From Puniceicoccales bacterium (GTDB taxonomy: Bacteria > Verrucomicrobiota > Verrucomicrobiia > Opitutales > JAIRLG01): 9,097 nucleotides of DNA. The position numbers and the translations under genes are program-made. Position 1 is the first letter of the stretch. Every line of letters starts with the position of its first letter. Under the pieces are notes generated by a model. The model was not told the origin of the DNA, ran no database searches, and worked only from the letters and a program-made list of their open reading frames with translations. Location of the stretch: NCBI GenBank assembly GCA_031279255.1, contig JAITIW010000049.1, positions 1-9,097 on the forward strand, given 5' to 3'. This document shows positions 1 through 7,935 of this stretch, piece after piece.

Positions 1-306
1 ACCGATGATCACATTCTGGCGAATATAGGCCCCCGGTTTCAATTTCGTCCCTTCTCCGATGTAGACATTATCGAGGATCGTCGCCATATGGGGCAAATCC
101 ACACTGGGATGAATATAGACATTTTTCCCAACCGCTACGTTCGGCGGAATGTCCTGCTTAGTGCCAGAAAGCGTAGGAATTACGGCCTTTAATGCTCCTT
201 CGATCTTGGGCAACCAGAGCCAAGGTTCTTCTTCCATCGAAAAATAGTGCGAGAAAATTTCTAAAGATTTTGGCCAATCGAATAACGTAGATGCTGGAAA
301 ACTCAT
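1..306 (-). CDS. Hexapeptide-repeat (left-handed beta-helix) acyl/nucleotidyl-transferase family protein. This is the N-terminal 102 codons only; the gene continues past the left edge of the window.
   Basis: My reverse-complement translation from the ATG at 306..304 is MSFPASTLFDWPKSLEIFSHYFSMEEEPWLWLPKIEGALKAVIPTLSGTKQDIPPNVAVGKNVYIHPSVDLPHMATILDNVYIGEGTKLKPGAYIRQNVIIG, open to position 1. The C-terminal part shows the [LIV]-G-x4 hexapeptide periodicity (VYIGEGTKLKPGAYIRQNVIIG). AGGAGG lies 8 nt upstream. It is missing from the ORF track because no stop falls inside the window. Confidence 0.6.
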   Translation of the reverse strand, partial: MSFPASTLFDWPKSLEIFSHYFSMEEEPWLWLPKIEGALKAVIPTLSGTKQDIPPNVAVGKNVYIHPSVDLPHMATILDNVYIGEGTKLKPGAYIRQNVIIG

Positions 307-311
307 AATAC

Positions 312-1205
312 TTACCTCCTGTTATGTCTTAAACGGATGCTGACTTCCTGACCTAAACGTAAATCGATACGCTCTATTGGAAAGCATTTTTTTAAATGAT
401 CATCTTTTAGCAAATAATGGAGTCGCTGGAATTGTTCTTCCCAATAGTGAGATGAAAAAATAATCCTTTTTACGGATTGCGTCGCAAGCTCTAGGCGTGA
501 CCAACGCGCTTCGCCATTGGGATCCCAATGGGCCAGAGAAAGATAGCGAATCTGAGAATAGATTTCGGGATAATTTTTTTTGCATTGTCCTAGAAAATCG
601 CGAATAGGTGTGATGTCACAGCCGAAATCATAGGCATTCCCCATCGCTCTTTTATGAAGATCCAGACCCGTCAAGAACGGCAACGATCGAGAGCTAGTGT
701 CGGTAAAACCGAACCCATGAAAGACTTTGGCACTTTCCCCAACATATAGAGTCTCTTTTTCTCCGCCTTGCTCTAATCTTACGCGGGCAAAGGGTTTTTC
801 TTCCCGGAGCGTAATCTGCAGGCTCTGATCATGAAAATGGCGTTCGATTTCCGCTGACTGCACCTGCTCCAGTGTTTGCAGACGCCGTTTCAGGGACTGT
901 ATATCGATGTCCATAAGGCTTATCCCCATAGGCAGAGCGACATAAGGAGCCACCAAGGTCGGCGATAATACTCCATCGGTTGCCAAGCGTACCTCACGCA
1001 GTGGCTGATCGTAAAGTCGGAATCGATGCTGGTGATGGGCTCGGATGACCCACCGATAGCAGGACAGAGCCGCACACAGCGCAAGAGCTGAGACAAGAGA
1101 TAAAACGACGCATTTCCACAATATTCGACGCAATAGAGGTCTTTCGGGTAAACATTTTTTACCCTTTATCCAAGAAGATGTTATGCGCCTCTTAAACCAT
1201 TGCAT
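312..1205 (-). CDS. ftsQ: Cell division protein FtsQ/DivIB (single N-terminal TM helix plus POTRA domain).
   Basis: 297-aa ORF with an ATG start at 1205..1203. It has a basic N-terminus and then a TM helix (CVVLSLVSALALCAALSC). A POTRA-like segment follows (VRLATDG..SPTLV..ALPMGISLMDIDIQSLKRRLQTLEQVQSAEIERHFHDQSLQITLREEKPFARV) that fits the FtsQ pattern. It sits immediately downstream of ddl, overlapping it by 14 nt, which is the canonical dcw order. Confidence 0.75.
   Translation of the reverse strand: MQWFKRRITSSWIKGKKCLPERPLLRRILWKCVVLSLVSALALCAALSCYRWVIRAHHQHRFRLYDQPLREVRLATDGVLSPTLVAPYVALPMGISLMDIDIQSLKRRLQTLEQVQSAEIERHFHDQSLQITLREEKPFARVRLEQGGEKETLYVGESAKVFHGFGFTDTSSRSLPFLTGLDLHKRAMGNAYDFGCDITPIRDFLGQCKKNYPEIYSQIRYLSLAHWDPNGEARWSRLELATQSVKRIIFSSHYWEEQFQRLHYLLKDDHLKKCFPIERIDLRLGQEVSIRLRHNRR
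315..320 (-). promoter_or_regulatory. Shine-Dalgarno sequence AGGAGG for the hexapeptide-transferase gene, embedded in the last codons of ftsQ.
   Basis: Plus-strand cctcct at 315-320 is AGGAGG on the minus strand, followed by 8 nt (TAAGTATT) and then the ATG at 306..304. Confidence 0.7.
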
Positions 1206-2145
1206 GTGGAGGGAGATCCTGAAATCCGAAGCGACGAATCGCCGGATATATCATCTCGTAGCAGAGTTGCTCAAATGTTAAGCCAGCTGCCAAAGCGCTT
1301 TTTGGCAATAGGCTCGTTTCCGTCATGCCTGGAATCGTATTGATTTCTAAAAAATAAGGCAATTCATGATTCATCAGGATGAAATCCACCCGGGCGAAAT
1401 CGCGACATCCATTATAAAGAAATGCTTTTTCGGCATCCGATAGAATGCGTTGCGTCACCGATTCTTCCAGTGGCGCTGGACATAAATACTCCGTTACACC
1501 AGCAGTATATTTATGCTCATAGTCGTAAAATCCATCTTTTGGACGGATTTCAATACACGGTAATAAATACCGATCGAGGTAGGCGACGGTGATCTCCCTC
1601 CCATCGAGATGCTCCTCGACCATCCACAATCCGCTTTTGATCTGGGAACAGAACCGTGACCAATCGCTTTCGGAAAAAATTTTACGTACACCGATACTAC
1701 TGCCTTCATTCTCAGGCTTTGCCACAAAAGCTTTTCCATCAAAGCTTTTGCATATCTCCGCATAGGACGGAAAATCAGGAGCTTGAAAAGCCATACATTT
1801 CGGCAAGAGTAGGGAAGATCCCCGCAGTTTTTCCTTTGCCTGTAATTTGTGCATACAGCGATCACTGGCCACTATACCGCTGCCGGCATAAGAAAATCCA
1901 TCACGTTCCAGAATCGCTTGCAATTCACCATCTTCTCCAAATTTTCCATGAATGAGTGGGAAAATAATATCTCTCCGAGGATCGAGACTCGAGGGCAATT
2001 CATCCTGTTCCAGTGCAAAAATTTCTGAAGGGAAGTGATGGGACAGTGCCTGAAAGACAGCGGTTCCGCTGCGCAACGATATGGCCCGTTCGTTCGATGA
2101 GCCGCCGCAGAGTATCACCACGCGGAAGGGATAATCGGGTATCAT
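1192..2145 (-). CDS. ddl: D-alanine--D-alanine ligase.
   Basis: ATP-grasp Ddl motifs are present: VVILCGGSSNERAISLRSG, FPLIHGKFGEDGELQAILE, VAKPENEGSSIGV and EINTIPGMTETSLLPK. The track start at 2151 is TTG. The in-frame ATG two codons later (2145..2143, MIPDYPF...) is the more likely start and lies 2 nt after the upstream stop. Confidence 0.92.
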   Translation of the reverse strand: MIPDYPFRVVILCGGSSNERAISLRSGTAVFQALSHHFPSEIFALEQDELPSSLDPRRDIIFPLIHGKFGEDGELQAILERDGFSYAGSGIVASDRCMHKLQAKEKLRGSSLLLPKCMAFQAPDFPSYAEICKSFDGKAFVAKPENEGSSIGVRKIFSESDWSRFCSQIKSGLWMVEEHLDGREITVAYLDRYLLPCIEIRPKDGFYDYEHKYTAGVTEYLCPAPLEESVTQRILSDAEKAFLYNGCRDFARVDFILMNHELPYFLEINTIPGMTETSLLPKSALAAGLTFEQLCYEMIYPAIRRFGFQDLPPHAMV

Positions 2146-2147
2146 AT

Positions 2148-3908
2148 TCAACGTAAATCCAAAGAAGTTTTGGAATCCAAAATACGGAAATTTTCCATAT
2201 GAAATGTCGCGTCGGCGCAGAAACTCAATTGGATATTATAACGCTCTTCCATCGCCAACAGAAGCGCCTCATCCTCATTCCGAAGGCGTTCCAAGACCTG
2301 CGGATGCAGAAGTACGCGAATCTCGATGCGCTCTTTTTTATCCTCTCGCTGACGTCGATATTTAACGACACTGATGATCTTTCGCTGAATCTCGGAACTC
2401 ATGGTACGTGGCGACTTCAGAAAAGCGCGACCTTGACAGTAAGGACATGGCGCACGCATATCGCCAGCCGTGCTCTGGGAATGCCTCTGGCGCGTAATCT
2501 GCATAATTCCTAGCGAAGAAATAGGCAAAATTTGATTGCGTGACCGATCCTCCGACATCAATTCGGACATGAGATGATAAATCTTATTACGGTCACTGCG
2601 GGATTTCATATCGATCAAGTCGACCACGATCAATCCGCCGATGTTTCGCAAACGCAATTGACGAGCAATTTCTTTACAGGCCTCAGCATTGACCTGGTAG
2701 ATAAAACTTTGATTTTCATCATCTTTATCCTGGCGCCGATGACTCCCCGTATTGACATCGATGGCGATCAGTGCCTCCGTCTCGTCGATGACAATCTCTC
2801 CACCGGATGGCAACGCGACATGGCGCATGAAGATCTGTTCCACTTGTCGCTCGATGTTGAAACGCTCAAAAATAGGAATGTTATCCTGGAACAATGTGAT
2901 TTTCGATTTTCCACGTGAAGAGATCTTACCGACGAGTTCCACAATTCTCCGATAATCCTCTTCATCATCGACGATCACACGATCGATGTCCTCCGTCAGA
3001 AAGTCCCTAACCGTCCGTTCAATCACGTCCGGTTCCTGATAGAGAAGACAGGAATTACTCTTTTGCTCCATCCTTTGCTGAATTTCTTCCCATTTCTGCA
3101 GCAACAGATGAAGATCTCGTACAAAATAGCGGATTTTCTTGCCTTCGCCTGCCGTACGTATGACGACACTCGTTCCCTCAGGGATTGTCAGTTTCCGGAT
3201 AATGGATTTGAGCCGTTCCCGTTCCCGCGGATCTTCTATTTTTCGAGATACTCCGCACTGATCAGAAAAAGGCATGAAGACGAGAAAACGTCCCGGCAAA
3301 GCGATATTGGTCGAGACACGAGGCCCCTTAGTGCCAATTTGATCCTTAGTCACTTGAACCATGATTTTAGCCCCGACGGGATAGAGTTTCGGAATATCCT
3401 TGACGGTATAGCGCTGCTGCTCCTGTGTCTTCTGGGATGCATTGATCCGTACGACTTCGATACTCGTATCATTGGCCGCCGGCAGGGCATCCCAGTAGTG
3501 TAGAAAAGCATTCTTTTCCTGGCCAATATCGACAAATGCCGCCTTCAGACCAGGCTCCAGGTTCTGAATCTTCCCCTTAAAAATCGCACCCACCATGCGA
3601 CACTTATCCTTCCGCTCGATCTCAAAATTCTCCAAAACACCATCCTCCAACAACGCGACACGGCGCTCCAAAGACTCACTATTGAAGATAATCTCTCGAA
3701 ATGTCTTATCCTTTCGCGTCAGTGTCTTCAAGATGCGTTGCAATATAGGCTGATCCTTCGCGCGTTGACCCGATTCGCGTTGCAATTGCCGTTTACTTAA
3801 CCCATCTTGCGTATTCTCGATCGGTTTTTCCTTCAACGCCTCTAAAATGTCCGGATCTAGGGATGATGTATCCTCTTTCTCTACGTCCGTATGTTGTTCT
3901 CTCCTCAT
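2148..3908 (-). CDS. rng: RNase E/G-family endoribonuclease, RNase G-like size, with an N-terminal extension.
   Basis: 586 aa with an ATG at 3908..3906. It has an S1-domain segment ([14 protein letters not shown]) and DNase-I-like catalytic segments (LIAIDVNTG; [17 protein letters not shown], compare E. coli LRLRDLGGLIVIDFIDM). A Zn-link CPxCxG motif is present ([10 protein letters not shown]). The first ~70 residues are a charged extension ahead of the conserved core ([20 protein letters not shown]...). Confidence 0.9.
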   Translation of the reverse strand: MRREQHTDVEKEDTSSLDPDILEALKEKPIENTQDGLSKRQLQRESGQRAKDQPILQRILKTLTRKDKTFREIIFNSESLERRVALLEDGVLENFEIERKDKCRMVGAIFKGKIQNLEPGLKAAFVDIGQEKNAFLHYWDALPAANDTSIEVVRINASQKTQEQQRYTVKDIPKLYPVGAKIMVQVTKDQIGTKGPRVSTNIALPGRFLVFMPFSDQCGVSRKIEDPRERERLKSIIRKLTIPEGTSVVIRTAGEGKKIRYFVRDLHLLLQKWEEIQQRMEQKSNSCLLYQEPDVIERTVRDFLTEDIDRVIVDDEEDYRRIVELVGKISSRGKSKITLFQDNIPIFERFNIERQVEQIFMRHVALPSGGEIVIDETEALIAIDVNTGSHRRQDKDDENQSFIYQVNAEACKEIARQLRLRNIGGLIVVDLIDMKSRSDRNKIYHLMSELMSEDRSRNQILPISSLGIMQITRQRHSQSTAGDMRAPCPYCQGRAFLKSPRTMSSEIQRKIISVVKYRRQREDKKERIEIRVLLHPQVLERLRNEDEALLLAMEERYNIQLSFCADATFHMENFRILDSKTSLDLR

Positions 3909-3940
3909 ATCTAATATTTTTTAAAAATTCCCATCACAGC

Positions 3941-5140
3941 TCATGTATAATGATACCGATAGCGGTAAATACTCTGAAGTACTCCTTGCAAGAAGCAACT
4001 GAGTACCAAAAAAGAACCGCCATAACTCAAAAAAGGCAGCGGTATACCCGTAATCGGCATCAATCCCAATGTCATACCGATGTTAATACCCACATGGATC
4101 ATCCAAAGGACGACAGCTCCGACAGCTATAAAACTACCAAAACTATCCCGTGCCCTATAGGCAATACGAAAACCATTGGCCATCATCATGGCATAGAGGA
4201 AGAGCACCACTAGGCTTCCCATTAACCCATGCTCCTCCGCCATAACTGAAAAAATAAAATCATTCGTAGCAACCGATTGCGGAAGATATCCTAACTTCGA
4301 TTGATTTCCTTGGCAAAACCCCTTGCCTTCCCATCCACCACCACCAATCGCAATCAACGACTGACGTAAATTCCAACTGATTCCTGTACCCTGCGGATCT
4401 ACGACTTGCGGCAATGCAAAAGCCAGTATACGGTTTCGCTGATAATCCTTCAACGGAAGCCACGAATGAGATTCATACTGGCCCATATCTTTTAAAGGAT
4501 TGAGATGATGTTCATCGAGATAGAGCCGATAGACGTAAATATCCCATGTGACTACCGAGATGATCACCCCAGCTATTCCCACAACACTGAGAAAAAATTT
4601 CCCGGAAAGGGGCGAAATCAATAGCAATGCAAATACCATAGGAGGAAGGGCCAACATAGAGCCCAGATCCGGCTGCAGAAAGATTAGTACCGACGGTAAA
4701 CATAACACCAGCCCTATCTTCCCTAATGTTTGCCAGGAACGTTTGACTTCTCCCAGTTCCGATCGGGCCAAAATGCTCCCTACCATGAACAACGTCGCCA
4801 CTTTGGCCAATTCTGAAGGCTGAAAGCGTAACCCACCCAAATGGAGCCACCTCACGGCACCGAAACGACGCACGCCCAGTGGCGTCCAAAGCAATAACAA
4901 TAATCCTATACTGACGATATAAATCCAATGGGCCTGCTTTAAATAAAATTCGTAATCTACTTGAGCCGCTATGATATAAATCACGATACCTATGCCAGCC
5001 CATAGGATTTGAACCTTCCACTGCCCGCCGACGAAGCATAATTGTGCCGAATAGATCGCCGCAACACCTATGGCCAATAAACATAGGGTACATAGTGGTT
5101 GAATCGTATCCCAAGATCTATGACTCTGCAAGAGTTTCAT
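3941..5140 (-). CDS. rodA: SEDS-family peptidoglycan glycosyltransferase (RodA/FtsW); the motifs look more RodA-like.
   Basis: Polytopic membrane protein with SEDS motifs: FQPSELAKV, LQPDLGS, LKDYQRNRILAF..DPQGTG..RQSLIAIGGGGWEGKGF..GNQSKLGYLP, NDFIFSVMAEEHGLMG and ITGIPLPFLSYGGS. The YQRxR, IAIGxGG and GKG strings resemble E. coli RodA more than FtsW. The track start (5179) is GTG. I prefer the in-frame ATG at 5140..5138 (MKLLQSHRSWD...), which leaves a typical short cytoplasmic N-terminus. The start and the RodA-versus-FtsW assignment are both uncertain. Confidence 0.85.
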   Translation of the reverse strand: MKLLQSHRSWDTIQPLCTLCLLAIGVAAIYSAQLCFVGGQWKVQILWAGIGIVIYIIAAQVDYEFYLKQAHWIYIVSIGLLLLLWTPLGVRRFGAVRWLHLGGLRFQPSELAKVATLFMVGSILARSELGEVKRSWQTLGKIGLVLCLPSVLIFLQPDLGSMLALPPMVFALLLISPLSGKFFLSVVGIAGVIISVVTWDIYVYRLYLDEHHLNPLKDMGQYESHSWLPLKDYQRNRILAFALPQVVDPQGTGISWNLRQSLIAIGGGGWEGKGFCQGNQSKLGYLPQSVATNDFIFSVMAEEHGLMGSLVVLFLYAMMMANGFRIAYRARDSFGSFIAVGAVVLWMIHVGINIGMTLGLMPITGIPLPFLSYGGSFLVLSCFLQGVLQSIYRYRYHYT

Positions 5141-5301
5141 CTGCGTTCCAGCATGAGAATATGTCCTCCTAACATTCACTTCAGCGCTTCCTTCGACAGA
5201 AAAGAAAATGTTTTAACGGATATGCCAAAAAACCTCTTCACTTTTCGTACAAAAGTTTCTCCAGAAGAAAGGTGGTGTAAATAGTGCGTAGTTCCTCGGC
5301 A

Positions 5302-5718
5302 CTATTTTTTCAGCCGAATCGCATGTCGGAAAGTATCCAGGCTATCTTTTACGCTTCTCGACCAGACGTTATCGCCATAATGCACACGAAAACCCGCCAA
5401 TAACAGAGGATCTTCATGGGTAATATAGCTCAAGGAACGAGAAGTCTTATCCTGAATCGTTCGGCGTAAGGACTCGAAAAAAGAGAGGTCATAGGGTCCG
5501 CAGAATTCAATGGTCACACAGTGATCACGAAACCATAATTTCAACGAACGCACATAGAGACGTCGTAGACGGAAGGCATTACGTGCTTTGTATTCCGCTA
5601 TAATGCCCAGGATAATTTGTACCCGTTCATGCGAAAGTTTTTCCGGTTGCGATGGATCCCACGAATATTTTGCCAACAGATCAGCAACTCTATGCCATGA
5701 GCGTCCCACTACTTTCAT
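5302..5718 (-). CDS. atpH: F-type ATP synthase subunit delta (OSCP-like), unusually short.
   Basis: It occupies the position directly after atpF. The C-terminal part (VTIEF...DPLLLAGFRVHYGDNVWSRSVKDSLDTF) matches the delta C-terminal pattern (D..LiGG..v..GD.v.D.SV...L). The ATG at 5718..5716 overlaps the atpF stop TGA (5717..5715) as ATGA, so I prefer this start (138 aa) over the track start at 5742. Confidence 0.65.
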   Translation of the reverse strand: MKVVGRSWHRVADLLAKYSWDPSQPEKLSHERVQIILGIIAEYKARNAFRLRRLYVRSLKLWFRDHCVTIEFCGPYDLSFFESLRRTIQDKTSRSLSYITHEDPLLLAGFRVHYGDNVWSRSVKDSLDTFRHAIRLKK

Positions 5719-6278
5719 TGCGTCGCTTTCCTTTCCAAACAAGCTTTGCTCAATTGCACATATTGCTCACGCTCGGATACACTCATATGCCCCTCCAGTA
5801 CGCGCTCGGCCAAATCAGCTATGATTTCACTCATCTCACGGCGAACTTCCGCAAATGCTTGTTCCTTTTCTCGGGCAATGACTTCTCTAGCTTCTTCCAT
5901 CAAGCCATCTGCCCGTACCCGAGCGATTCTCTGCTGCTCCAGTGCATAGGCCTGCACCCGTCCACGTGCACTGGCTACGATTTGCTGCGCTTCATTGTGA
6001 GCTCCCTTGAGCATCTGCTGACGCAATTTCTCAGCCTCCAACAGCCTATCCTTCGCCTCCTCGGCCTGCGCCAATCCGGCCGCAATTTTCTTCTTCCTCT
6101 CCTCCATCAGCCGCATGACCGGCCGAAAGGCAAAGGCATAAAGCATCATCGCCATGGCTATAAAATTGATGCTTTGTAGCCCAAGTAAATCCCATCGGAT
6201 GCCAAAGCGATGGATTAAATCGAGCAATGCCTGCCCATCAAAGGCAAAATAACAGGAAGTTTTTAGCAAAAACACCAT
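5715..6278 (-). CDS. atpF: F-type ATP synthase subunit b.
   Basis: It has a single N-terminal TM segment (LLGLQSINFIAMAMMLYAFAFRPVMRLMEERKKKI) followed by a long Ala/Glu/Arg-rich helix (AAGLAQAEEAKDRLLEAEKLRQQ...), which is the typical b-subunit architecture. It lies between atpE and atpH. The track start at 6281 is TTG, and an ATG follows immediately at 6278..6276. Confidence 0.88.
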   Translation of the reverse strand: MVFLLKTSCYFAFDGQALLDLIHRFGIRWDLLGLQSINFIAMAMMLYAFAFRPVMRLMEERKKKIAAGLAQAEEAKDRLLEAEKLRQQMLKGAHNEAQQIVASARGRVQAYALEQQRIARVRADGLMEEAREVIAREKEQAFAEVRREMSEIIADLAERVLEGHMSVSEREQYVQLSKACLERKATQ

Positions 6279-6381
6279 CAAAATTGGCCTGATTTTAGAG
6301 CAAAATTCTTTCCTTAAACACCACTTTTATCTTCTTGAGAATGGATCATTTCTATAAATTCATTCCGAATCTACCATAGTT

Positions 6382-6603
6382 TTAAGAAAGAAAAAGGGCA
6401 TAAAAAGCCACCGCTTCGGCCAAAGCCATGCCCAGGATAGACTGTACGAGAATTTTGCCGGCGGCTCCTGGATTACGACCGACCGACTCTACGGCTTTAG
6501 TGCCAATCATCGCTACGCTGAAAGCAGAAGCCAAACAGCCCAGCGAGCCCGTTAACCCGCGACCAAAATCGCCCGTAATTGCTGCTATTGTTTGTAATAT
6601 CAT
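6382..6603 (-). CDS. atpE: F-type ATP synthase subunit c (proteolipid).
   Basis: 73-aa two-helix hairpin with a polar loop GRNP and the ion-binding carboxylate in helix 2 (LGMALAEAVAFYALF). ATG at 6603..6601. It lies 12 nt downstream of atpB. Confidence 0.95.
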   Translation of the reverse strand: MILQTIAAITGDFGRGLTGSLGCLASAFSVAMIGTKAVESVGRNPGAAGKILVQSILGMALAEAVAFYALFLS

Positions 6604-6615
6604 AATTTTTTCCGT

Positions 6616-7701
6616 TTAGGATTGAAGTTCTGCCGCCGCATTCACCGGTGTTTCTCCATCATGATGACAGATAACGCCGATGTAAACCGCGACCAATAAA
6701 GTAAAGACAAAGGCCTGAATCAAACCGATCAGACATTCTAAAAAATAAAATGGCAAAGGCAAGAGATAGCCGATCCAGGAGAGAAAAATACTCACCCCAT
6801 GTGCCACCTGAGATGATATTCCGGATAACATCCGGTAAAGATCCGTCTGCACAAAATTCCCAGAAGTCAAAAATTCTCCAAAACCGTACATATGGTGTAA
6901 AAGCGTCTCACCCCCGAATACATTCCCAAACAATCGGAATGATAACGAAATGGGCCGAAAGGCGATAGAAATACATTCGATACATCCCACAGCTAAAAAG
7001 ACAAGCGTCAATAACTGATATATGAGGGGAGAAATACCACCTTTTTCGGATTTATTCCCAAAAGTTTCTTCACAAAAACCCTGTAAACCGACGCAGCGGA
7101 GGACACAATAGCTCCAAATGATCATCGCCATCAGAGCTATGCCCAGTGTGGCATTCAGATCAGAGTTCATGGGCCGTAAAATCGGGATGAAAGATTCACC
7201 CTTATACCAGCCGATGGAACCGATGCCCGGGAAAAGACCGCTCCAATTGTGCATCAAAATGAAAAAGAAGTAACCCAACAATACCGGGAATGCGTAGGAT
7301 AAGGCTCGTTTTCCTACAATGGGTTCCAGCAGATCCTTCAGGCCATCCAGGATACATTCCATCAAGGCTTGGCGGCGCGATGGGATCAGCGTCAGCTCCC
7401 GAAACATCCTGCGGATGATCACGATCAAGCCTAAGGAAATGATCCATCCGGTCACTAAAGCATTCGTCACACAATATTCTCGGCTGAAAGACAAAGCCTT
7501 TAAGGGCAAATCTTCTTTTTCAGTGTCGTTGGCCACTGATGTTTCCAATTTCGCCATCATAGCAGCTTTTTCTCTTTCGGCCTCAAAGCCATCATCCTCC
7601 TGCCATGGCGATTTCACTATGAAGACCACGATCGCGATCAATATCGTCAACCAAAGATATTTTGAAGTTAAAATGGATATAATTGTATCTTCGGAAATCA
7701 T
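6616..7701 (-). CDS. atpB: F-type ATP synthase subunit a, with an N-terminal extension and an internal insertion.
   Basis: The core a-subunit signature includes the essential Arg (ISLSFRLFGNVFGGETLL), followed by the last TM helix (LIGLIQAFVFTLLVAVYIG). The track start at 7710 is TTG. An in-frame ATG at 7701..7699 (MISEDTII...) is the more likely start. Confidence 0.9.
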   Translation of the reverse strand: MISEDTIISILTSKYLWLTILIAIVVFIVKSPWQEDDGFEAEREKAAMMAKLETSVANDTEKEDLPLKALSFSREYCVTNALVTGWIISLGLIVIIRRMFRELTLIPSRRQALMECILDGLKDLLEPIVGKRALSYAFPVLLGYFFFILMHNWSGLFPGIGSIGWYKGESFIPILRPMNSDLNATLGIALMAMIIWSYCVLRCVGLQGFCEETFGNKSEKGGISPLIYQLLTLVFLAVGCIECISIAFRPISLSFRLFGNVFGGETLLHHMYGFGEFLTSGNFVQTDLYRMLSGISSQVAHGVSIFLSWIGYLLPLPFYFLECLIGLIQAFVFTLLVAVYIGVICHHDGETPVNAAAELQS

Positions 7702-7737
7702 AGGAAACAACCCAGATAATACCAGGAACGCTATCGA

Positions 7738-7766
7738 GTGATAATAAAATTTTCACCAGAAGTCAA
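7738..7766 (-). promoter_or_regulatory. Candidate sigma70-type promoter for the atp gene block (weak call).
   Basis: The minus strand reads TTGACT (7766..7761), then a 17-nt spacer, then TATCAC (7743..7738). A better -10, TATTAT (7746..7741), has only a 14-nt spacer. The site is ~40-60 nt upstream of the atpB ATG. No experimental or comparative support is available here. Confidence 0.25.
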
Positions 7767-7880
7767 AAAAAATTATTCCTATCCCTTGAAATTTCCTTTC
7801 CTTAGTATAGGGGAGTTTTGGTACTTCGTAAATCCATAAACGAACGATGGGCTCCAACTCAGCACCTTGACAGCCATGTC

Positions 7881-7912
7881 GGGCGCTCCAGATGGCTATA
7901 CCGAGAAGGCCC
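7881..7912. repeat. Copy A of a ~30-nt dispersed repeat containing CCAGATGG (partner at 8339-8376).
   Basis: GGGCGCTCCAGATGGCTATACCGAGAAGG at 7881-7909 matches GGGCATTCCAGATGGCCAAACCGAAGAGG at 8339-8367. That is 23 of 29 identical, ungapped, same orientation, and each copy then runs on to a CCC. Confidence 0.6.
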
Positions 7913-7935
7913 TTCGCTAAAATTTTTAGCCATTT

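Noticed and set aside
5283-5310. Hairpin AGTGC-N11-GCACT followed by T6 on the plus strand, at the atpH stop codon.
   Set aside because: The T-run is on the wrong side to terminate the minus-strand atp genes. The stem is only 5 bp with an 11-nt loop, and no plus-strand gene converges here. At best it is a weak structure.
6279-6381. 103-nt gap between atpE and atpF as a possible missing b' gene or small ORF.
   Set aside because: The only ORF on the sense strand is a 5-codon fragment, and no TM-like coding potential is present. I treat it as an ordinary intercistronic spacer.
1494-7741. Long ORFs overlapping the called genes, mostly antisense (3063..3503 +, 5652..6179 +, 7319..7741 +, 2574..2918 +) and some same-strand but out of frame (1494..1865 -, 4512..5114 -, 7202..7474 -).
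   Set aside because: Each lies entirely inside a gene that has unmistakable family motifs in another frame or on the other strand. Their translations are low-complexity or Arg/Ser/Cys-rich with no recognisable motifs, so they are typical shadow ORFs.
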